DNA of 21,650 nt from Octopus sinensis (Eukaryota), in contig NW_021823678.1 in NCBI RefSeq assembly GCF_006345805.1, forward strand, positions 1 to 21,650, given 5' to 3'. Positions 10,004-20,268 of this stretch are shown here, piece after piece; position 1 is the first letter of the stretch; each line of letters starts with the position of its first letter. A program made the translations under genes and the position numbers. The notes under the pieces are model-generated. The model searched no databases. It had not been told where the DNA came from and was given only the letters and a program-made list of their open reading frames with translations.

Positions 10004-10529
10004 TGTTTAAATGTACACGTTATTTTTCTATGAATAATATATAGTCTATTGACTAATCTTTCCTTCTCGCTAGACCACTGGTTGCAAAGAATTTTTCAAA
10101 AATTTTCTTTGCTATCCTAAGAGTTATTAATTAATGATAAGAGGTTTTTGGCTAATTTTGAACGAAAATCAGAAATTGTATTTACTGCCGAAAAAATCGC
10201 GTGTGCGTGGTGGATTTTGAAAAGTTATAACATATAGACGCGAGGCATGGTCCTTATCACCTCGTGCCTATATGTTAGCCTTGGCTTCCTGCTGAAGATG
10301 GCAACGCCAATTGTAAATTAATGTCATTTTATTTTATTTACAATAGATTGCCGAAACTATGCATAGTCCAGGAAAGATAGGGTAAACGTTTTTATTTCTC
10401 TTTCCCTTTCAGAATTACAACTATTAGTTGTTTGGAGTTTAACTGCTCTTTCTAGTGAGTCAGATGTCCTATTATGGTAATCTCTTATTTGTTTAAACGT
10501 ACACGGTATTTTTCTATGAATTATATATA
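10004..10529 (+). mobile_element. Hammerhead-bearing non-autonomous element (retrozyme-like) with terminal direct repeat, 486-bp period
   Basis: 40-bp direct repeat with 3 mismatches at 10004-10043 and 10490-10529 brackets a complete hammerhead and ends in (TA)n. Confidence 0.78.
10286..10374 (+). ncRNA. Type I hammerhead ribozyme with palindromic helix III
   Basis: TTCCTG (10286-10291) pairs with CAGGAA (10369-10374); core CTGAAGA (10292-10298) plus an extra T; GGCAA/TTGCC helix II extended by ATTGTAAAT/ATTTACAAT; GAAA (10353-10356); CTATG-CATAG helix III; GTC triplet, predicted cut after 10368. Confidence 0.9.
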
Positions 10530-10549
10530 TATATATATATATAAATTTA

Positions 10550-10660
10550 TATAAATAAGGATAAAATCGATATTTAAATATCGATCTTATCAGGTGGCCT
10601 GTATAGGAATAAAAACCTTCAAAGGTAATAATTATTTAAAATTATAATTTAGGGTATCTA
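10550..10660 (-). mobile_element. Fragment homologous to the inverted segment of the 4381-4903 element
   Basis: AGGATAAAA-[palindrome]-TTATCA..TGGCC..ATA..AA.AAA..CCTT.AAAGGTAA aligns with 4393-4465. Confidence 0.6.
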
Positions 10661-10794
10661 AGAGATACCACCATGTTGGAAATAGCAGTCAAGACTTTAC
10701 TAAAAAACCACATTAAATGTTCATACAGCACCGCGAGAGAAGACAAAGAGACAAAATAAACAAGCAAAAAATATAAATAATTATATATATATAT

Positions 10795-10958
10795 ACGTCG
10801 GGCTTCTTTTAGTTTCCCTCTATCAAAACCACTCACAAGGCTTTGGTCGGCGCGTGGCTATTGTAGAAAATACTTGCTCAAGTTGCCACCCAGTGCGACC
10901 GATCCCGGAACCATGTGACTGGGAAGCAAGCTTCTTACCAGAGAGCCACGCCTGCACC
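10795..10958 (-). mobile_element. SINE family C, 5' half
   Basis: GGGCTTCTTT.AGTTTCC..CCACTCACAAGGCTTTGGTCGG..GGAACCATGTG..AGCCACGCCTGCACC is the reverse complement of the family C head. Confidence 0.85.
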
Positions 10959-11227
10959 AATGTAAGTAGTTTTTAAGCATGGAGTGGCAATGGAGTTAGG
11001 GGAGGGGGTCAAGAAACAAAAAATGGCTGATGACGTCTGGTCTATCCAATGAGTATTTTAGTTTCTTTTCTATGCTTGTAGGAAAAATTAAATTTGACTG
11101 TTATTTCTAGCATTCTCACAGAGGCGTCCATTTGCCTTCCAGAGATTTTACTTCAAGAGGAAACACGAAGAAATTTTCAATGAAGGTCTTCAGCAGTTTT
11201 ATTCTATTAACAATGGTGAACAAAAAG

Positions 11228-11528
11228 AAGAGAAACGGCGTGGTGGTGGCGGCGGCGGCGGTGGTGGGGGTGGGGGTAGAGGTGAAGGTGGTGGTGGTGG
11301 TGGTGGACAAATGATTCTGTTCTGAAGATAAAACTTGAGAAAATTTGAATATTACAAAAAAAAAGCAAAAATTAAGGAAATTCAAAATTAAAGAAACAAC
11401 AAGGACAATAATAATAATAATAGTAAAAATAATAAAAAGCTACAATGTCATCGCTACCACCATCACTCATCCTTATTATCGTTGTCGTCGTTGTCATCAT
11501 CCTCAAACTCATCACCGCTAGCACCACC

Positions 11529-11560
<32 letters not shown>

Positions 11561-11703
11561 CACCATTGTCATCATCATTATCATTACCCTCACTATCCCA
11601 TAATCCTCTCCTCCTTATCATCACCACTTGTCATCGTCATCATCATCAACGTCATGATCACCTCAACCGTCACCACCATCGCCACCACAACCACCATCAT
11701 CAC

Positions 11704-11755
<52 letters not shown>

Positions 11756-11960
11756 GTCGTCGTCGTCTCAATCAATCATTGTAATTATTACCGTCGTCAT
11801 CATCATCATCATCACCACCAGCCTCACCAGCACCGCCAACACCACCAACATCACCTTCATCACAATAATCAATCAATATCTTCATCAATATCTTGAGCAT
11901 GGTGATGATGATGATGATGATGATGATAACCATCATCATCATCACCATCATCACAGTCAT
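11228..11960. repeat. Trinucleotide low-complexity tract (GGT, ATA, CAT, CAC, CAA, GAT)
   Basis: Directly visible; it generates the poly-H, poly-M, poly-I and poly-T ORFs in the track. Confidence 0.93.
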
Positions 11961-12121
11961 CACCGGTCGTGAGCCATCTAGTAAACGTTTCAACCTTCAG
12001 GCGCTGTCATCTCGAAGACGCAGACTCATAGAAAAAGGAAAGCTTCTAACAGCTGTTATGGAAATCACGCAAGATTGGAATAAATTAAAACCTTCCGGCA
12101 TTATTAAAGAACCCACTTTAT

Positions 12122-12220
12122 AGGCGTAGGTATGGCCGTCTCCATTAAGATTAAAAAAAAAAAATTTAGCTTCGCAATCCCCCGGATTGTGAGTTCAGTC
12201 GTGTTGCTTTTCACGTTGAT
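12122..12220 (+). mobile_element. Degenerate SINE family C head
   Basis: AGGCGTAGGTATGGCCGT..TTAAG..AGCTTCGCAA..GAGTTCAGTC resembles the head at 9488. Confidence 0.5.
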
Positions 12221-12498
12221 CAGTTGTGCCATTTTTTTTTTTTTGCTTTCGTTTGTTCAACTTAAATTTTCTGGCTCATCAAGATTTCTTGCTCATCAAA
12301 TTTGAAAAGGCTCAGATGGGAATGAAAAGGGCATTCCTGGAAATTCGTCTCGTCTGGTAGGGTGTATCGGTCTTTGGATAGTAGAGTTTATGTATGCGAG
12401 GGGCTTCCACGCACTTACCGACGACTAAATTCACTCACATGACATTCATAATATATATGCTATTTATAATATATATGCATACATACATATTTCGCTAT

Positions 12499-12679
12499 GA
12501 TAGATCGCTAGCCACTATATCGTTTTCTATTTTCTCTCTCTGCTTATTTCTGTGTTCCTTTCTGTCGAAGTACGTAGGCTCGAAACGTAAAAGACTTTTT
12601 CCCTTCCCCAGCGTTAAACTAATACATCTGTTTCTTGTTTACACACCCGTCTTCGTCTTTTGTTTTTTTTTGTAAATTC

Positions 12680-12685
<6 letters not shown>
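12499..12685 (+). mobile_element. Small hammerhead-variant element, copy 2
   Basis: CTTT CTGTCGAA GTAC GTAG GCTC GAAA CGT A AAAG at 12558-12593 (helix II damaged); same 5' boundary GATAGATCGCTAGCCACTA; ends GTAAATTCTCAC followed by (TA)n. Confidence 0.82.
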
Positions 12686-12749
<64 letters not shown>

Positions 12750-12799
12750 TGTATTATGTATGTATGTGTGAATGTGTGTGTGTAGGTATGTATACATAT

Positions 12800-12965
12800 G
12801 CAACTGCCTTCCATATAGTTTCTGCCTTCCAAAATCCACCCACAATGTATCTATCATACCAGAACTACAGTAGAAAACACTTGTTGCATTTGCCGCACTG
12901 TGGGACTGAACCCTAAACCATATGATGACAATGCTAACATCTCAACCACAGAGCTTGTCTGCACT
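12800..12965 (-). mobile_element. Diverged SINE family C head
   Basis: AAATCCACCCACAA..GTAGAAAACACTTG..GTGGGACTGAACC..ACCATATG..CCACAG resembles the reverse complement of the family C head. Confidence 0.65.
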
Positions 12966-13271
12966 ATACACAATGTACGATAAATTTCAATTTACTGCTG
13001 ACCTAAAAGGTTACTAAATTTTCATATCTAAAAAGAACCTCCTTTTGCCATATTTCTATATAGCATTAGATTTCAATTTATCATTAAACATATTTTTCGG
13101 TATCGAGGTTAAAATGGTTAAACGTTAGACAATCTAACACAAAACAGGGACCAAAATTCTATTCCCAACTGAAGAAATTATTATTATTATTTCAAAGATG
13201 GCTGCCGGAGAAATATTTTAATTTTGTCTTTTCATATCTTTTTAAGTAGAACTAAATTCATGGTAAAATGC

Positions 13272-13312
<41 letters not shown>

Positions 13313-13412
13313 ATGGCGGCGGTGGTGGTGGTGGTGGTGGCGGGTATTGTAACAGCAGTTATAGTAGTAATGACAATAACAAAACATTGTTAGCAGTAAT
13401 ATCACTTATAGA

Positions 13413-13607
13413 TTTCAAACTTTGGCGCTGAAACAGTAGTTTGGGGTAGAGAAAGTAAATCGATTAAAGAGACCCCGGTGATAAGCTGGTACTTAATTTA
13501 TCGACTTGGAAACGAGGAAAGGCAAAATAAATCTGGTGGGATTTGAACTCAGAACGTGAAGACAGACGAAATGCTGCTAAGCGTTTCGCCCGGTAGATCG
13601 CTGCCTT
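13413..13607 (-). mobile_element. SINE family B
   Basis: CTGGTACTTAATTTATCGAC..GAAAGGCAAA..GATTTGAACTCAGAACGT..CAGACGAAAT..TTTCGCCCGG is the reverse complement of 9834-9974. Confidence 0.85.
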
Positions 13608-13713
13608 AATCTGTTTTAGTACTAGTAATTGTTAAACAATAGCGCCGTGTATATGTATGCATCTATGAACACACATACATAAATTAAATACATGTATGTG
13701 TATATATATATAT

Positions 13714-13803
13714 CACGTGTTCACGTGATCGACCAGGCTATCAGATGTTGCTACACATCGCTGGTCACAATGCGCCTCGCATTGTTTTAGCCTTCAAATG
13801 ACT
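13714..13803 (-). mobile_element. Probable SINE 3' fragment
   Basis: CACGTGATCGACCAGGCTATCAGATGTTGCTACACATCGCTGGTCACAATGCGCCTCGCATTGTTTTAGCCTTCAAATGAC is recalled as a common octopus repeat tail; no second copy in this window. Confidence 0.5.
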
Positions 13804-13889
13804 CGACGTAATACACAACACATCCAAGTTAGGTTGGATGCACCAATTAATATTCGTTACAAACGCTTTTTAGGTCACCAGTATCAAAG

Positions 13890-14005
13890 ACACACAACAC
13901 ACACACACACACACACTCGTACATACATATATATATATTTATACATATATATATATATGTATATACATACATATGTGCATATATATATGCACATATGTAT
14001 ATATA

Positions 14006-14047
<42 letters not shown>

Positions 14048-14127
14048 ATCCAAACAAGGAAGCACAAAAGAACACAACAACGCGAGAACGTGGAACAAAT
14101 ATAGTATTACATTTGTATATTTGTGTA

Positions 14128-14168
<41 letters not shown>

Positions 14169-14186
14169 TATAATATATATATATAT

Positions 14187-14220
<34 letters not shown>

Positions 14221-14326
14221 GCATATAAATATATGTATATTATATATATGTTCGTATATATACATATCTTATATATAGAGAGATTTTATATGTAGGTATG
14301 TGTATATATATATATATATATATATG

Positions 14327-14363
<37 letters not shown>

Positions 14364-14762
14364 TATATTATACAGATTTATCTCTGGCACATGATATATT
14401 AACTATAGTTTCTTCACTACATTAAATCTAATCTACAAGATGTATATAAATTAAAACATACCACTCCCTACCTACCACCATCCATGTTATATATATATTC
14501 ATCAATGTGAATATTTCTTACTTTGTTGGTGTTTCCGTTTCAATATCCCGCCAGGTTATTGATGTTCTTGCAGTTGTTGTTGTTGTCATCAACGACTTTG
14601 TTGTTGTTATTGTTCTGGATCCTTTTTTCTTCGCTTTCTTGTTTTGGTCTTAGCATTCATCTTCATAAATATTTTCGCGACATGTTTCTCGATGTATACA
14701 TACATACATTTATATATGCAAAGTAAATTATGTGTTTCAGCGTCTGCCTGTCTGTCTGTCTA

Positions 14763-14840
<78 letters not shown>

Positions 14841-15057
14841 ATGTACACACATATATATATATATAAATATATATATACATAAATATATATAATATACATA
14901 TCTATCTATCTATCTATATGTACATATATATATCTATATATTTATATAGATATATATATTTATATATTATACATATATATGTATTTATATATACACACAC
15001 ACACACCACACACCCACACAACACATATATATATATATATATAATATATATATATAT

Positions 15058-15088
<31 letters not shown>

Positions 15089-15330
15089 ATAAAACTTAGA
15101 TAAAACTTAGATATGTTTCGACCAATGATTGGTCCAGGACATGTCTAACTTAATATCTATGTATATATATATATACATACACAGATATTTATGTTCATAC
15201 ATATCTATGCTTACACCACCACCACACAGACAGAGAAACATACACACACACACACACATATATATATACACATATAGACGTAACACATTCACACATATAC
15301 ACACACACACATATACACACTCACCCATAC
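13890..15330. repeat. Extended (TA)n/(CA)n/(CT)n microsatellite fields
   Basis: Directly visible, interrupted by unique segments at 14041-14110 and 14370-14700. Confidence 0.93.
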
Positions 15331-16127
15331 ACATTCGAAATCAGTCGTCACCTGATATGTTATAAAACAAACATACATTCACTTCCACTCTTGTATCGTA
15401 AAGATTTATGGAGATCAGGGGGGAAATAAATATATTACAACATTCTTCAATTTATTTCGATTTTTCTAATATTTTACAATTCCCCGTGTTCCCTCCTCCT
15501 CCTCTTAATTTTCTTTTCTTTTGCAACAAAGAACAAAATTAAATTAAGAAAAACCACCAAGATTTGACTTGGCATCGTTTCCGTTGTACAATTTATGAAA
15601 CTTCTTTACTTTTGCCGCCCTTAAATGCTTGAGGGAGATTTTGCAATTAATACTAGTAAACTTCCTTATATCAAAATGACTGTCTCTATAACCTTCAAGT
15701 ATAAAGTACTTTGTCGGTTGTAGTATTGGTGTCACTATGTCTCCCTTCGTATTTATCAGACCTACTCAGAGAATTCATAAATTTGCATATTTTCCAATTT
15801 AAATTGATTCCTTAAATGGATATGAAATTAGAATACAGTCTTCCTGACCGGTAACTTCGTCGATAAAATGTTTCTTCATTTTCTATGTTTATCAAGTCTG
15901 CAATATGTGAGTCTTACTGTCTTTTAATCAATCGGTAAAGCAGTGCTCATGAACTTTGACCCAGACTCCAAGACTGGACGGAGGGTGGGGAAAAAGGAGG
16001 ATATCCTCAAACGGGAGACTTGACCTGAGTGCTTGAAATAGGTTCAACTTCATTAAAGGTACCGTGGTGTCACGTATTCACGTTAAACCAGCTGACGTAT
16101 TAAGTTTATACCCCAAGTAAGTTATAG

Positions 16128-16205
16128 CGTGATTTGAACTCAGAACGCAAAAGGTGGAACAAATACTGCAATGCATCCACCCTGACACGTAATTTTGCCG
16201 ACTCC
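16128..16205 (-). mobile_element. SINE family B head fragment
   Basis: GATTTGAACTCAGAACG..AAATACTGC.A.GCAT matches the family B head on the minus strand. Confidence 0.6.
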
Positions 16206-16300
16206 ATTACTAAGGACCAGCCGCTGTATGTGTGTACGTATATCAATACACATGTATGTATTTGCATATATGTATTTATACATCTATATCTAACTATCTA

Positions 16301-16360
<60 letters not shown>

Positions 16361-16365
<5 letters not shown>

Positions 16366-16960
16366 TGTCCTCTCTTGACCGAGGAAGACCATCACTGACT
16401 ATTGCTCATGGAAAATGCACATGCATAAAATGTTTGTACCCGTACTCGGCTTCACTTGGGTTCGTGCCCTCGGATTTCATGCTCACCACAGCCCCTCCTA
16501 CTAGACTGAGGATTGTACAGTCGCCTCGCCAATGTTTTCAAAACCTGAAATTTTAGGCCCAGTAAGCTTTGCACAACACCTCACAGGTTCTATCCATCCT
16601 GGTGGCACAATATCAGAGACAGGCTGAGGCAAGATATATATGTTAATATGAATTGCACGCTTAAGAACATGCTTCAAGCAAAGCTGGCGGATGCCTCCCT
16701 CCCATTGGTCATTCAGCACGCCAGACACCAAACTGGATTTTCTGAGGGCCTATGCTATTGCTATATACTCGTTCAATCTATTCTAGGTCCATCTGCTTTT
16801 TTGTCAGGTTTTTCCTTTTAAGTCCTGCTTTTCACCAACGACCTGACCATGCAACAGGCTGTACTGGATTCCAGAAGAAATGCCATTAATTATCTTCCCC
16901 GGCGTGCTACGATTCTGCCAGCTCACTGTTTTCATGTTGATATACATATTAAGAATTGAT
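16361..16960 (-). mobile_element. Old RTE-clade LINE relic (may extend to about 17450)
   Basis: Minus-strand remnants in the expected order: SWQNR (16909-16923), SRWT* (16786-16797), LVSGVL (16715-16732), EGGIRQLCLKHVLKR. These correspond to RTE SWQDR..LRW.GH..LLYGEL..GRP.LR.KD.LKR. The 3' end GATGGTCTTCCTCGG..AGGACAGCCATC runs into (AT)n. Confidence 0.55.
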
Positions 16961-17750
16961 ATGCTTCGTGAATTGGGCTCAGATTATTCTGATTCCCAGA
17001 TGCTACCGCAGAAGGAATCCTCATTTCTTTGGTCACTATGTAGTTCTAAACTGGTTTCAATGCAAGGCCACTGCAAAGAAGAATGGATTTGTCAGGTCTG
17101 GAACAACTACAAGTATAGAGGAGAGCAAACCAATATTCTTAATGCTTTAAGCAATAGCAACTGTCAGAGGAAAGTAAAATCTTTGAAAAATCAAAGAATG
17201 AAACGAAAAGGAAACAAAACTAATTTCTGGATCTTTTTGTGACAGTTGAAATATTTTGGTTTTGTTTGTAGAAGGTGTTCTTGAAGCTTCTGTTAACCAA
17301 TAAAAATATTAAGGATGTGTTGTATATTTTGGACAGCTGTGGTAACGCTAATTCAAACTGGTTTCAGAAAGTCCTCTGAGACGATGTTCAAGTGTATATT
17401 GCCTTAGCAGTGTGGATGAGATATTCTGTCCTAAGTGTATTTCAGTAACTGTGAACGAACAACACATTATTATAAGGTGAGCTCGTGCAGTGTGAACAAT
17501 CAATTACTAGTGTGGAATAATCAAAGCTGCTGGAGAGAGGATTACTTCCCAAACTGCAAACATTATTTCCTGGAGAAAAAAAGTGCAACCGAAGAAGAAA
17601 AAGAAAAAGTCACCTTATTTTTCACCAAGATTCCTTTACTTTGACCCTAACGCAAAGGCAGGACGAAAAAATATAGATAAATAAAAGGTAGTTAAATAAA
17701 TTAACTTCTGGCGAGTTTAGAGTTCAAATAGGATTTCCACACAAAATATT

Positions 17751-17912
17751 TGGCGTGGCTGTCACTTTAAGAAGTTTGCTTCGCAACTGTGTGGCCTTCG
17801 GTTCAATCCTGCTGTGTAGAACCTTGGAGAAGTATCCTCAGCTATAGCCCCTGGGATGGCAAACGTTTTGAGAGCCGATTTCGTTGACAGAAACTGTAAG
17901 AAGCCCGTCGTG
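17751..17912 (+). mobile_element. Diverged SINE family C head
   Basis: GGCGTGGCTGT..TAAGAAGTTTGCTTCGCAAC..GGTTCAATCC..ACCTTGGAGAAGT..GAAACTGTAAGAAGCCCGTCG. Confidence 0.75.
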
Positions 17913-18388
17913 TATACGTATATCTTTATGTGTGTGTTTGTGTGCGTGTGAGTGTGTGTGAGCCTGGACTCCAGTCTGTTGCCCGGTCTTCTAAAAGAGT
18001 GGTACATTATGATTAGAATCAGTTCTACCAAGCATAATCTTATTCAAACAAGTTTTCTTCGTTCCGATAACAAAAATGTAAATTAAGTTGATATCAATAC
18101 ATGATAGTTGACTTATCTAGCCAACCAGCCAACATTTGTATATTCGTGCATACCGAAACCATTTGCAAAGAATGTAGATCACTGTCGGCAGCAGACAGCA
18201 ATCACTGAAATGCATGTGAGGCGAATAAAGACAAGCCTGTTATGCTACAGTTAACCGTACTTTCGTCTTAGAGCTATACTTCTATAATAATTAATTCACC
18301 GCAAACACGACACTGGATGGCTTAGGCTGGACGTGATTACTTTTGTTATATTAGCAAATTTACACTACACGTATTCATACATTTCTCC

Positions 18389-18446
<58 letters not shown>

Positions 18447-18999
18447 GTCCCTCTTCGTCCTTGTGTGCTCACTGGCCGCTGTCATGTCCACTACCAACTT
18501 TGTTTCCATGAATTTCTACGGACGCATCTACATGAATTATATGAGAGTATATATATGAACACAGATTGGATCGATTGAAATTACAAACAACGGGAGAGAA
18601 ACTTCTCGAATATTCAAAGTGTGGTTTGCAAAATATTTGCAAAGACTTCAGTTCAATTATTACGTTGATGGGTCTCCATATCTTCTCAATTTCACTTTCT
18701 CTTTACATATACGCGCGCACAAAAGCGAAGACACAGACAATCAATGCACACACAAATACACTCTCAATATGTATGTATAAGCATATTATATATGCATATA
18801 GGAATGTGTGTTTATATATATATATATATATATATATCGTTTCCGCATCTATGTCCTACATACATACATATATGTCTCTCTCTCTCTCTCTCTTCTCTCT
18901 CTCCTCTCACTCTCTCTCTCTCTCTCTCTGTATGTATATATATATATATATTATATATATATATATATAATATATATATATTATTTGTTATCCAAGAAA

Positions 19000-19185
19000 A
19001 AGACATAGGGACCGATGCAGCTTGGCACCAGTGACGTCGCAACTCATTTCTACAGCTGAGTGATCTGGAGCAACGTGAAATAAAGTGTCTTGCTCAAGAA
19101 CGCAACACGCAACCCGGTCCGGGAATCGAACTCACAACCTCACGATCGTAAGCGCGACGCTCTAATCACTGAGTCATGCGCCTTC
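19000..19185 (-). mobile_element. tRNA-derived SINE, family A
   Basis: A box TGACTCAGTGA (plus 19166-19176) and B box GAGTTCGATTCC (plus 19122-19133); homologous to 6708-6965. Confidence 0.85.
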
Positions 19186-19219
19186 ATTTTATATATATAT
19201 ATATATATATTATTATATT

Positions 19220-19489
19220 ACTCATTTACTTGTTTCAGTCATTTGACTGTGGCCATGCTGGAGCACTGCCTTTAGTCGAGCAAATCGACCCTAGAACTTA
19301 TTTTTTGTAAGCCTAGTTCTAATTCTATCGGTCTCTTTTGCCGAACCGCTAAATTACGGGGACGTAAACACACCAGCATCGGTTGTCAAGGCTATAGTAG
19401 AAGACACTTACCAAAGGTACCTCGCAGTCGGACTGAACCGGAACCATGTGGTTGGTAAGGAAGCTACTTGCAACACAGCCACTCCTTGC
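19220..19489 (-). mobile_element. SINE family C with internal deletion
   Basis: Both ends of family C are present, but the central microsatellite-containing part is missing at the junction GGTTGTCAAG|GCTATAGTAG (about 19390). Confidence 0.88.
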
Positions 19490-19534
<45 letters not shown>

Positions 19535-19591
19535 ATATATATAATATAATACATACATACATAAACACATATATATAATTATAATATATTA

Positions 19592-19624
<33 letters not shown>

Positions 19625-19680
19625 GATATATATTAATATATAATATATATATATATATATATATAATATATATATATATC
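19490..19680. repeat. (TA)n microsatellite
   Basis: Directly visible. Confidence 0.97.
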
Positions 19681-20100
19681 TTCTGTTTGTAATGAGGCCT
19701 GAGCAACTTATAACCACAAAATGGAAAAAATATTTTACGGGGAGAATAAAGTGGTTAATTCGGTTAATCTCGCTAAACGTGCATTTTACTTAAAGCATTG
19801 ACCGAATAATGCTAAACAAATAATTCCAAACTGCTGAAAGACTGTTAAAACACTACTAACGCATTTTAAAACCTGCTTTCTTTAAAGTACCATTCAAAGG
19901 AGACTAATTCTACAACAGCATAACTAATCTGCTACTATAGAGAACAGCATTATTTGGTCACTGCGTCTCTATACAACACTAACGTAAAGGCTTTCTAAAG
20001 TGATTTCCTATGAACATTACTTCCGTAGTCGTATTCCAAGAAAAATATTGCTACAGAAGTAAATTGAAGAATTTACACCCATTATACGGAATAATTCACA

Positions 20101-20206
20101 CAAAAGTACACACAAAAAGTTCACACAAAAGTACATACACAAAAGTACACACACAAAAGTACACACAAAAAGTTCACACAAAAGTACATACACAAAAGTA
20201 CACACA
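20101..20206 (+). repeat. 53-bp higher-order minisatellite, two copies
   Basis: CAAAAGTACACACAAAAAGTTCACACAAAAGTACATACACAAAAGTACACACA at 20101-20153 and 20154-20206. Confidence 0.92.
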
Positions 20207-20268
20207 CACACACACACACACACAACACACACGCACACACACACAGCACTCACACACATATATACGTA

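Noticed and set aside
10650-10680. GGTATCT-AAG-AGATACC hairpin as helix II of another hammerhead
   Set aside because: Flanking CUGANGA and GAAA cores are absent on both strands.
11025-11340. Isolated CTGATGA/CTGAAGA heptamers (also at about 6381, 13170 and 16506)
   Set aside because: No downstream helix II plus GAAA plus UH arrangement.
11372-11993. Poly-His, poly-Met, poly-Ile and poly-Thr ORFs
   Set aside because: All frames of (CAT)n/(CAC)n low-complexity DNA; no domain or splice support.
11960-12123. Non-repetitive frame ALSSRRRRLIEKGKLLTAVMEITQDWNKLKPSGIIKEPTL*
   Set aside because: Acceptor-like CAG at 12000, but the frame ends in a stop, has no recognised homology, and the apparent donor belongs to a SINE head.
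14041-14110. ATAGTTAATCCAAAC..AACGCGAGAACGTGGAACAAATATAGT segment
   Set aside because: Recalled as the end of a common octopus repeat, but too short and without a second copy here to call.
16880-17242. 120-aa plus-strand ORF
   Set aside because: Lies antisense to the RTE relic; no recognisable protein features.
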